From Micavibrio sp. (lineage in GTDB: Bacteria; Pseudomonadota; Alphaproteobacteria; Micavibrionales; UBA9664), in assembly GCA_002699085.1 (NCBI GenBank), contig PAAR01000004.1, positions 14,839 to 78,838 on the forward strand: a stretch of 64,000 nt of DNA, written 5' to 3'. Positions 45,766 to 54,370 of this stretch are shown here, piece after piece (position 1 is the first letter of the stretch; each line of letters begins with the position of its first letter). Below the pieces are notes generated by a model, which made no database searches, was not told where the DNA came from, and saw only the letters and a program-made list of their open reading frames with translations. Position numbers and translations under genes: made by a program.

Positions 45766-48700
45766 GCGGGTTCAGGTGTTTTTTCGTGGACTGGATTATA
45801 TTTGCGCTGAGGGTGCGCAACATTTCTCATGTTGTCGTCAATCTCACCCAGGTGTTTATTGCTTTTCATCCATCTTTTTATTTCATTAAATAAAGCTTTT
45901 TTCTTTGTGCTGCGGCCAATAAAATGTGCATATCTTTCTGGTTCGGATTCAATAGCGTCTATTTCACGCATTGCCTGATGGTATTGGTAAAAGGAGATGT
46001 AACGACGCATTTGCAAAATTTCATTTTGATCGTCTGTTGTTAGGTCTTTTTTACAGATATCGTAATGCACATTATTAATAGTGATGGCTGCAGTCTCTAA
46101 TAAAGGTCTATATTTCATTATCTCTTTATAAAGAGTAGATGCTTCTTTCTTATTATCGTCCGTAATCGCACTAACATATTGACTTAAAAGTTTTGTGATT
46201 CTTTTATAACCAGTATTGGTGTTGCCAGCGCGGATCTGTCCAAGTTTAGCTATGCCTTGTTCTGCGCGCGGTCCTTTTTTCTTGATTGGCCATAAAGGCT
46301 TATCAAGTATAGGAAATTCAGGTTGTTCAAGACTTCGGAAAAATTGATCTTTGTTGCCCTCATTTGTTTCCGATATTTTATTAGATAAGGTTTTCCAATT
46401 GTCATCGGGGTCAATAAAATTACGATATTGTTTAACGATACCTGCTCGGTAATCTAACGTTTCTCTTGATAGTCCTGCATTGGCATTGACGACAAAGCCA
46501 AATTTCGCAGGCATAACAATAGGATTTTTCTTCATATCAATGATTTCAAAAACATCATCTTTACGGTCATCAGCCATGGCAAGAATTTTTTCAGCAGGCA
46601 AGCTCATATATTTATAAGGATCATATTTCAGATTAAAGACAACGGCATATTGGTCATCTTTCATTGTTGCAACCAAACAACCCATTTTCGGTATGGGCTG
46701 CAAGGCAGAAGGGCTGACATAAGAAAAGACAGGATGCGGGCCATTAAAACCTGTGGCCATACCCATCATATCGTTTAGTAAATGATAATTACTACTATCG
46801 GCATTAATCACCATCTGCCCAACAATTTCTGGTGAGATATCATATTGCTTCCAAAATAGTTTTAAGCAGAGCTGAGTATCAGCCAATGCACCATGCAAAT
46901 TACGGCTGTTATATTTGATGTTCATTGCATCGCAAAGGGCACTTAAACGGTGATCGTCAAGCCCTGAGGGTGATTTGTGTGGTTTGTATTTTTGCGGTGC
47001 GAAAGCAGCCAATGCACGTGATATATTACGAGTGTCTATGCCAATAATGCCATAAGTCTCAAACGGTTTTAAACGAGCGTGTAAATTGCGACCTAGTTCT
47101 TTTTCAATCATACGTTGATCGAAGGGTTTGTTATGTGCGGCAACAATAACTTTCATTCTGTTTTTTGCTGTAACAAGCTCTGGTTCTTTGGTGGATTTTT
47201 TTAACGCCAATTGTTGTGAATTTATACGCAAATCATCAACAGCATCGTTAAATGCTTGGGTAAAGCTTGCAGGCGTCAAACCTTGTGAGAAATCTTTGTA
47301 TGTCAGTCCTGTTATAAGCATCGCCTCAGGTGACGGCACAATATAATCAGGTATTTGCTGTTTAACAATTTTTGTATCAATTGTTTTGCGGGTTTCGCTG
47401 TTTTGTAGAATAAGCCCTAATTCATAGATCCGATGTTCAGGCGCTTCTTTGCCTGTGGTTTCTGTGTCTAGCCCAGTAACTATATGAATTTCTTTATCTT
47501 CAAAAACAGTTGATTTCTTGTAACGCTCGATACCAAAAGGAAAATCTTGTGTGAGATAGCCATTACCAGAAAGAACATTGAAACGTGGTGATAGAAAGAA
47601 AGGGAGACTACTTGCTAATGCATTTTCAGAGGTAAATCCTGCATCTCTTAAAACAGCATTCTCAAACCGTTCTATAAGTTTTCCAGCTACGGTAAAAGGA
47701 TCTGGCTTCACGCCAATAACGATTGTTGAGAAACGACCTTTTAACCAAAATTTATTAGCGGGGGCGTGTGATTTTATACCGATAAAGCTAGAGGGTTCAG
47801 TTCCAGTTACTTCAGCATTTTTACCTTTCTTAATACGAATGCGTGCATTATGTACAGCACGCATAGTCTGTGCACCGACCTTTTCAGCTAAGAGCATATG
47901 TGCGTTGATTTGTGCTGGAGAACCATGTGCAGGAATTGTAAAAGGCTTTCCAGATTCAATAATGGTTTCCATACAACCGTCTTCGGAAGAGTGACCAGAG
48001 CCGTGTCGAATAGTAAGCTCACCTGCTTTTGCGATGGCTTCTGGCATATAAACTTTGGCACCATGGAATATTTCTATATCAATCTTAGAATCTGCTCTTT
48101 GCCATTTGTTGTTACCAACGGGGATTACACCTTGTAAGTAACAAACAACATCTAAATCATTGAGGCGAAACTTATCATTCACATCACGGACCAGCTTATT
48201 CATAGCTGATTGTGGTTCATCTTGTGTACCTGTTGCGAGGATGGCATAACGCTCGGCGCCTTCACCTTTAAGGAGCTTTTTCGCTTTTTTCTGGCTGTCC
48301 ATCAGGATTGTCACGCCCATTCGTTTTGCCCATTCTTTTAACGCATGGGCCTTATCGGCATCACGGACCAGATCTTGTACGGCCTTGCCGCTGATGATTA
48401 ATGTGTTGCAATCTGTTTGCGCAAGAGCGTGTATTGTGGTGGCAAGGCGTGTAATGTTTGACCCTAGCATAGGGAAAATCATTCTTTGTCCCGCATGAGC
48501 TTCTACTATGTTGATGATATCTTCTTCGACTTCTAATTCTGTAGGATTGCGTTCTGTCCTATTAGCGCCTGTAGAATCTGCCGTCATGACATCTGGTTCA
48601 AAGCCACGCAACCATGTGTTTAGATCGGGAAGTCCCAGACGATTAGCAGGATCACGACTGTAATCCCCTGTATGCCTTAATGAACCAGCAGGTGTTATGA

Positions 48701-50402
48701 GATCATACATTTGCCCTGGGTCAGAGTGAGGCATAGGACCAACACGGATTTTAAATGAGCCGATTTGTAAGACTGGATAATGTTCACTTTTACCGAGCTC
48801 TTTGCTGGGTAAAGTTTCTGTCCATTGCTCTATGGTAACATCATCAATAACAGTTTTTTTGCGCTTTTCTGGATCAGAAGGATTTACATCCTTGAGCATA
48901 TTAATTGTATAGCATTTTTCTAATATCTCTTCTTGAATAGACTTCTCTATTTTTAGTTCACGCATTTTGCGCTTGAGGCTAAGAAAGGTCATTTCATTCA
49001 TAATGAGCGGTGGTAATTTGTAACCCGCCTTAATCAGATAAGGGAGTTGTCCTAAATGGTCTTCATGTTTATGGGTAATAAGAATGAAATCTACGGGTGT
49101 TTCGGGTATGTGATTTTTATCAAACTTATGATGTAAAAATCTGCTCGCATTATAAAATGCAATGTCAAAAACATCATGGAACAGGACACCAGCATCAATC
49201 ATGGCGGCTTCAACTTTAATAGAGCCATCTGCTTGTACTGAACGATATGTGATGCCGTATTGATTGCCCCCAATGTTCAGGTCGTGGTCAGAGGTCAATC
49301 GACGGGAAGGATTTCCGCCAATGATTACCAAATCCATTATGCCTTGTTTTGGAATTTTCATGGGTTGGTTTAGATATTGATGTGCCTGCGTGTGAAGCAT
49401 TAACTCCGATGGCAATGCATATTTACGATTGTAAGATTTGGCCGCCAAATCTTCGATAAGTGCTTTATCGCCAGCCCGAACGGTACGATTTATATTCCTT
49501 ATAACTTTTAGGATGGTAGAAACAGCATGAGAATCTTTTAAGTCAATTTTTCGTCCTTCATATATGAGAGAGCTTATTTTGACTTGCTTGGGTTTACCTT
49601 TAACGGGTGTTGTTTTTATTTCGTATAATGTTTCTGTTTTTTCTTCATGCGTCTCTTCATTTAGAACGGATATTAATCCAGTAATATGAAGATGTGCAGG
49701 TGTTTTGCCTTGCGTATATGTGTATTCAAGGGTTGAGAAACTGTCATTGCCTTCTTTTCCATGGTGGCTAAGGACGTTATGAATTGGTTTGCCGACATAG
49801 TTATAATGCTCTGGCGCAACACCTAAAAGAGCAGGCATAAAAAAAGCCGAAAAAATGGGGTTTTCAGCTGATCTATTAAAGTTTTTTAGCGCATTAAGGT
49901 TTCGTTTTATATCGCCATTTGCATAAAGTGCTGGCCATGCTTTGCGGCCAATATTCTGTTTTATAAGATTGTGCTCTTGAAGCAATTCAATAGGGTTAAC
50001 CCATTCATTATGGCGCCCTACTTTGTCAAAAAAGTCTTTGCAGAGTCTTTCAAGTTTTTTTGTGTGCTCAGGGAGCGTAATGTCTAATGCTTCTAGTATG
50101 TCACCGGCCCGTATTTTCGCTTCGGTAATTTTTATGCGCCCATCTTCATTTTCTGCGCACTCCATGTCGAAGAAATGGATATGTTGATTGTCTGCATTGT
50201 TTTCATGCACATCATAACTACAGCGGAGGCGATAGCCTGCCTCAGTACGGGTAATTTCAAAAACAAGCGCACGGATCGTGCCGGTCTCAGAATCGGTGAG
50301 GATTGTGAAATGGCGAGACTCGCCTGTCTTCTCTAAGTTTGATAGCGTTTCTTCTATACCAAACCTAGAAAAGAAGTGCTCTTTTCTATAGCTTATGCTC
50401 AT
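45762..50402 (-). CDS. 1,546-aa fusion protein: unassigned N-terminal ~350 aa, RNase J-like metallo-beta-lactamase/beta-CASP nuclease, Exonuclease I-like DEDDh exonuclease, basic C-terminal tail
   Basis: MBL motif ILITHKHEDHLGQLPYL (49056-49073) preceded by LVIIGGN and IDAGVLFHD. Beta-CASP-like MTADSTGA, HGSGHSSEDG and TIPAHGSP. DEDDh motifs GLDTETTG (47451-47474), AAHNKPFDQRMI and LHGALAD (46878-46898). The downstream region has an ExoI C-domain layout. Confidence 0.7.
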   Translation of the reverse strand: MSISYRKEHFFSRFGIEETLSNLEKTGESRHFTILTDSETGTIRALVFEITRTEAGYRLRCSYDVHENNADNQHIHFFDMECAENEDGRIKITEAKIRAGDILEALDITLPEHTKKLERLCKDFFDKVGRHNEWVNPIELLQEHNLIKQNIGRKAWPALYANGDIKRNLNALKNFNRSAENPIFSAFFMPALLGVAPEHYNYVGKPIHNVLSHHGKEGNDSFSTLEYTYTQGKTPAHLHITGLISVLNEETHEEKTETLYEIKTTPVKGKPKQVKISSLIYEGRKIDLKDSHAVSTILKVIRNINRTVRAGDKALIEDLAAKSYNRKYALPSELMLHTQAHQYLNQPMKIPKQGIMDLVIIGGNPSRRLTSDHDLNIGGNQYGITYRSVQADGSIKVEAAMIDAGVLFHDVFDIAFYNASRFLHHKFDKNHIPETPVDFILITHKHEDHLGQLPYLIKAGYKLPPLIMNEMTFLSLKRKMRELKIEKSIQEEILEKCYTINMLKDVNPSDPEKRKKTVIDDVTIEQWTETLPSKELGKSEHYPVLQIGSFKIRVGPMPHSDPGQMYDLITPAGSLRHTGDYSRDPANRLGLPDLNTWLRGFEPDVMTADSTGANRTERNPTELEVEEDIINIVEAHAGQRMIFPMLGSNITRLATTIHALAQTDCNTLIISGKAVQDLVRDADKAHALKEWAKRMGVTILMDSQKKAKKLLKGEGAERYAILATGTQDEPQSAMNKLVRDVNDKFRLNDLDVVCYLQGVIPVGNNKWQRADSKIDIEIFHGAKVYMPEAIAKAGELTIRHGSGHSSEDGCMETIIESGKPFTIPAHGSPAQINAHMLLAEKVGAQTMRAVHNARIRIKKGKNAEVTGTEPSSFIGIKSHAPANKFWLKGRFSTIVIGVKPDPFTVAGKLIERFENAVLRDAGFTSENALASSLPFFLSPRFNVLSGNGYLTQDFPFGIERYKKSTVFEDKEIHIVTGLDTETTGKEAPEHRIYELGLILQNSETRKTIDTKIVKQQIPDYIVPSPEAMLITGLTYKDFSQGLTPASFTQAFNDAVDDLRINSQQLALKKSTKEPELVTAKNRMKVIVAAHNKPFDQRMIEKELGRNLHARLKPFETYGIIGIDTRNISRALAAFAPQKYKPHKSPSGLDDHRLSALCDAMNIKYNSRNLHGALADTQLCLKLFWKQYDISPEIVGQMVINADSSNYHLLNDMMGMATGFNGPHPVFSYVSPSALQPIPKMGCLVATMKDDQYAVVFNLKYDPYKYMSLPAEKILAMADDRKDDVFEIIDMKKNPIVMPAKFGFVVNANAGLSRETLDYRAGIVKQYRNFIDPDDNWKTLSNKISETNEGNKDQFFRSLEQPEFPILDKPLWPIKKKGPRAEQGIAKLGQIRAGNTNTGYKRITKLLSQYVSAITDDNKKEASTLYKEIMKYRPLLETAAITINNVHYDICKKDLTTDDQNEILQMRRYISFYQYHQAMREIDAIESEPERYAHFIGRSTKKKALFNEIKRWMKSNKHLGEIDDNMRNVAHPQRKYNPVHEKTPEPA

Positions 50403-50542
50403 TTATGTCTATCCCTGTTCAGAGGATGTTTTTTTGTTTTTATTGTCTTTAGTAATAAACAAAAAAGACTCTATTGCAATGCAAAAAATAATTTATTTTT
50501 TCTGTTATTGCCAAAGATAAGAGTCGGTTATATTGAATAAGT

Positions 50543-51445
50543 ATGAAGCAAAAATCGCAATCAACAAACCACATAGGTCTCATAAAACCTCAGGTTTTTT
50601 ACTCTAACCCGCAGACTTTAAATACGAATCCTTATCAGGATAAGGAGCTGCACCATGCTGATTCTGTCGTACTTTCTAAGGCATTAGAAGAGTTTAAAGG
50701 TTTCCATGAAATGCTTGTGGATAAAGGTGTTGCTGTGACAATGTTGTTAGGACATCCAGAATGTCCAGACCACGTTTTTCCGAACTTCTTTAGTACGCAT
50801 GATAATGGGCAAGCAATTCTTTTTCCAATGATGGCAGAGAATCGTTCGAAAGAACGGACACCAGAGATTTTAGATTTTATTAAACGACATTATACGATTG
50901 CCCATGATCTCACGCATTTTGAAGCTGAGGGTAAAGCTTGTGAGGCAAATGCCAGTGTTTGTCTTGATCGTGTGAACGGCATGGCTTTTGCTGTGCTATC
51001 AAAACGGACGGATGAGGGTTTAGCGAGGCACTTAGCTGACATAATGGGTTACGATATTGTCATCGGCGAGACGGCATTAGATAATGGACTGCCTGTATAT
51101 CATACTGATCTTATGATGTTTGTTGGCGAGGGATATGCGGCTGTTTGCTTTGAGATAATGACAAAAGGGGCGGAAGAATTTAGAGACGCACTGACTAAAT
51201 TAGGTCATGAAATTGTTGAGATTAGTAAAGAGCAGCTCAATGAAATGTGTGGTAATGCGTTGCAAGTTATTGGGCAAGGCGGCCAGAAATATCTTGTAAT
51301 GTCTTCACGCGCTTTTAATGCTTTTAGAGACGATCAAAAAATGATCTTTAAAAAATATGTTGCGGATATCCTACATGCGCCAATTCCAACGATCGAGAAA
51401 TATGGCGGGGGTTCAGCACGTTGCTTGATGCAGGAGCTGTTTTAA
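50543..51445 (+). CDS. guanidino-group-modifying-enzyme fold protein (arginine-deiminase-related; CtlX-like citrulline utilisation hydrolase candidate)
   Basis: 300 aa. The C-terminal catalytic-Cys context GGGSARCLMQELF and the HTDLMM motif are typical of the amidinotransferase/ADI superfamily. Translationally coupled to ornithine cyclodeaminase. Confidence 0.6.
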   Translation: MKQKSQSTNHIGLIKPQVFYSNPQTLNTNPYQDKELHHADSVVLSKALEEFKGFHEMLVDKGVAVTMLLGHPECPDHVFPNFFSTHDNGQAILFPMMAENRSKERTPEILDFIKRHYTIAHDLTHFEAEGKACEANASVCLDRVNGMAFAVLSKRTDEGLARHLADIMGYDIVIGETALDNGLPVYHTDLMMFVGEGYAAVCFEIMTKGAEEFRDALTKLGHEIVEISKEQLNEMCGNALQVIGQGGQKYLVMSSRAFNAFRDDQKMIFKKYVADILHAPIPTIEKYGGGSARCLMQELF

Positions 51446-52449
51446 TGCTCTATGTTGATGTCGCACAAATGGTTAAATTGATCGGTAAGATTGGTGTTGA
51501 AACGGCCATTGTTGAATTAGCAGAGTATATAGAACAAGATTTTAAGCGCTGGGGCGAATTCCAAAAACAACCTCGTTATGCAGCCCACCACCCTAAAGGT
51601 GTTGTTGAATTAATGCCGATCGCTGACGACCAGCAATTTGGTTTTAAATATGTGAACGGCCATCCAGCTAATACCAAGAAAGGATTACAAACAGTCATCG
51701 CTTTTGGTGTTCTATCAGATATGGAGACAGGTTATCCATTACTATTATCAGAAATGACTTTTGGGACAGCGCTTAGAACCGCCGCCACATCAAGCTTGGC
51801 AGCAAGATACTTGGCCAGACAAGAGGCTCAAACCATGGCAATTATTGGTAATGGCAGCCAGTCAGAGTTTCAAGCTTTGGGCTTTAAAGCCATGTTAGGA
51901 ATCAAGACAATAAGGGTTTACGATATTGATCCTGATGCCTCACAAAAATTAGCGCAAAACCTTATAAATAAAGGCTTAGAAATTATCATTTGCAAAACAG
52001 CGGATGAAGCCATTTTGGGAGCTGATATTATCACGACTGTAACAGCAGATAAAAAGGCTGCCACGATTTTGTCTGATAATATGGTAGGGGCTGGCGTGCA
52101 TATAAATGCCATTGGTGGAGATTGCCCAGGCAAGACTGAGCTTCACGCAGATGTCCTAAAACGAGGGTCTGTTTTTGTTGAATATGAACCACAAACACGG
52201 ATTGAAGGGGACATCCAACAAATGTCTGAAGATTTTGCTGTAACAGAGTTGTGGCAGGTTTTTGCAAGCTTGCAAAAAGGCCGTGTTAACAACGAACAAA
52301 TCACAATTTTTGATTCTGTTGGCTTTGCGCTCGAAGACTTCTCATTCTTACGGTATATCTACGATAAAATTTGTGACTCTGGCTATGATGTGTCGCTGGA
52401 TCTATTTGCGGAACCAGATAATCCACGAGATTTATTCGGTTTGTTGTAG
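51445..52449 (+). CDS. ornithine cyclodeaminase / mu-crystallin family protein
   Basis: Rossmann segment MAIIGNGSQSEFQALGF, with TVTADKKAATIL and HINAIGGDCPGKTEL. ATG at 51445 overlaps the upstream stop (TAATG). The track start at 51421 is a TTG. Confidence 0.8.
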   Translation: MLYVDVAQMVKLIGKIGVETAIVELAEYIEQDFKRWGEFQKQPRYAAHHPKGVVELMPIADDQQFGFKYVNGHPANTKKGLQTVIAFGVLSDMETGYPLLLSEMTFGTALRTAATSSLAARYLARQEAQTMAIIGNGSQSEFQALGFKAMLGIKTIRVYDIDPDASQKLAQNLINKGLEIIICKTADEAILGADIITTVTADKKAATILSDNMVGAGVHINAIGGDCPGKTELHADVLKRGSVFVEYEPQTRIEGDIQQMSEDFAVTELWQVFASLQKGRVNNEQITIFDSVGFALEDFSFLRYIYDKICDSGYDVSLDLFAEPDNPRDLFGLL

Positions 52450-52577
52450 GTTTTTTTCGTGAAAAGCTGCGAATCATTTTATTTCTTAAAAGATCAAGTT
52501 TTTATCATAAATAACAGTTTAATCCTTGACAATAACGCAGTTAATTATTTACATATAATTAAGGATGGAGGGCGAGT

Positions 52578-53159
52578 GTGTTAAAAAAGACAAAAAGTCG
52601 TAGTCGGGTTTCAGCAGCATGGTTCTCGGCTGTTTGGGTTCTGGCGGCGTGTCAATCTGTACCAGTACAGAATGATAGACCAGTAGAACTTGGCTATTTA
52701 GAAAATGTCGCTGTTCAAGGTTTTCAAACAAGTTGTGTAGCCTCTAAACTGGATACAGGTGCTGATAATTCCTCTGTTAATGCAAAAATTGCACAAAACT
52801 GGAAAGATTCTGATACAGGCGTTGAATATGTCCGCTTTCAGCTACAATCAGGTGATGAAGTGTCAGACTATATTACGTTGCCAGTAGAAAGATGGGCAGA
52901 AATCAGAGGTAAAGAAGGGCGACCCACTGTAACAAGACCTGTTGTTTTGATGGATTTTATTATCAACGGTAAAAAAATTCGTGGTGAAGTAAATTTAGCA
53001 GATCGCGATCATCTGTCCTATGATGCCCTTGTTGGTAGAAGCATGTTGATTGATCGCTTCATTATTAATCCTGCGCGCAAATATATGGCCGATAGTACTT
53101 CTTGCCCTAATCCTTCTTATCAAAAAGTGGCTCTTAATGGCTCTCACCTAAGACCTTAG
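52578..53159 (+). CDS. retropepsin-like 'ATP-dependent zinc protease' family protein (DUF785/RimB-like)
   Basis: Signal/lipoprotein-like N-terminus (…VLAACQS). KLDTGADNSSVNA and ALVGRSML resemble the two half-sites of this family. GTG start after GGAGGG. Confidence 0.6.
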   Translation: MLKKTKSRSRVSAAWFSAVWVLAACQSVPVQNDRPVELGYLENVAVQGFQTSCVASKLDTGADNSSVNAKIAQNWKDSDTGVEYVRFQLQSGDEVSDYITLPVERWAEIRGKEGRPTVTRPVVLMDFIINGKKIRGEVNLADRDHLSYDALVGRSMLIDRFIINPARKYMADSTSCPNPSYQKVALNGSHLRP

Positions 53160-53244
53160 CGAATAATATTTTTCTTTTATTTATATTTGGAACTAATTAA
53201 CGGCTCCTTTGTTGTTGATGTATAACAATGAGAAAGGAGCAAAC

Positions 53245-53421
53245 ATGCTTAGATGGGCACTTATATTTTTAGTCGTCGCTATCGCAGCCGGATTTTTTGG
53301 TTTTGGTGGTGTCGCAGCAGTCTCTGCTGAGATCGCACAAATATTATTCTTTGTCTTTCTTGTCTTATTCATTATTGCCGCTGTTATGGCAGTATTGAAG
53401 GGTCGAACCCCACCTGTATAA
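53245..53421 (+). CDS. DUF1328 (YtjA-like) small membrane protein, 58 aa
   Basis: MLRWALIFLVVAIAAGFFGFGGVAAVSAEIAQILFFVFLVLFII. ATG at 53245 lies after AAAGGAG. The track start at 53209 is an unsupported extension. Confidence 0.75.
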   Translation: MLRWALIFLVVAIAAGFFGFGGVAAVSAEIAQILFFVFLVLFIIAAVMAVLKGRTPPV

Positions 53422-53477
53422 GAAAAAGACAACTTATTACTAAATACATGACTTAATTTATTTGAAAGGAAACGACA

Positions 53478-54302
53478 ATGAAAACGTCAATTTTAACAGC
53501 TGTTTCTGTTTTGGCCCTTATGGCCGCAGCACCTGCATTAGCAGATAATACAGAAAGAACGATGAACCAAAATGATACACCAACTATCACTGAACAAGAT
53601 GTTGAGCGTAATTGGGATAAAGCTAAAGACAATGTCAAAGAAGGTTGGGAAAACACCAAAGACGCTGTCAAAGACACCTATAATAAAGCTGAAAACGCTA
53701 TAACAGGTGAAAATAGAATGGCGATGTCTGAATTGCCAGCCAATGAACTATCAACGGCTAAAGGTATTCTTGGGCAACCAGTTTACAACACAAACGGTGA
53801 CCGTGTTGCTAAAGTAAAGGATATTATTCTTGACCGTAATGGCAATGCTCGCATGGTTATTTTGGCAGATGGTGACTTTACGGGCCTCGGTAAGTTGGCG
53901 GCATTTGACTATAATGTTGTAACACAACGTACAGCTGAAGGTGATGTTGTTGCTTCTTTAACAGAAGAAACAATTAACCAAGCCGCTGAGTTCTCTTATG
54001 ACCCAGAAGACAGTTCAAGAACAGTGAAAGTAAAACCTAATGATGGTTATTCAGTCACAGAGCTTTTAGGTAGCCGTGTAATAAATCCTGAAGGTGAAAC
54101 CTTGGCAACATTGGATAATATTACATTTAACAATGGCCGCGCAGAAAACATGGTTGTTTCATATGGTGGTGTTTTAGGATTAGGCGCTGAAAAAGCAGCT
54201 TTTGATTTTACTGATGCGGATAAAACACGTGATGGTGATAGTATTAAGCTACAATTGAGTGCTGATGAAGCATCTGACTTTGAGGCATATAAAAGAATGT
54301 AA
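53478..54302 (+). CDS. secreted protein with two PRC-barrel-like domains
   Basis: Signal peptide …APALA. GILGQPVYNTNGDRVAKVKDIILDRNGNARMVIL and LLGSRVINPEGETLATLDNITFNNGRAENMVVSYG match the PRC-barrel pattern. Confidence 0.65.
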   Translation: MKTSILTAVSVLALMAAAPALADNTERTMNQNDTPTITEQDVERNWDKAKDNVKEGWENTKDAVKDTYNKAENAITGENRMAMSELPANELSTAKGILGQPVYNTNGDRVAKVKDIILDRNGNARMVILADGDFTGLGKLAAFDYNVVTQRTAEGDVVASLTEETINQAAEFSYDPEDSSRTVKVKPNDGYSVTELLGSRVINPEGETLATLDNITFNNGRAENMVVSYGGVLGLGAEKAAFDFTDADKTRDGDSIKLQLSADEASDFEAYKRM

Positions 54303-54325
54303 TCACTTTATGTGATCCATAATGT

Positions 54326-54356
54326 AAAAAGCCCGCTTTAATGCGGGCTTTTTTTA
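54326..54356. terminator. bidirectional intrinsic terminator between the PRC-barrel gene and the adhesin gene
   Basis: AAAAAGCCCGC-tttaat-GCGGGCTTTTTTT, with A and T runs on both sides. Confidence 0.7.
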
Positions 54357-54370
54357 TATATGGTGAGGGT

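Noticed and set aside
52527-52560. TTGACA at 52527-52532 upstream of the RimB-like gene, considered as a possible promoter.
   Set aside because: A 17-nt spacer gives TTACAT (a poor -10). The good TATAAT lies about 22 nt away, which is too far. Not supportable without a mapped transcription start.
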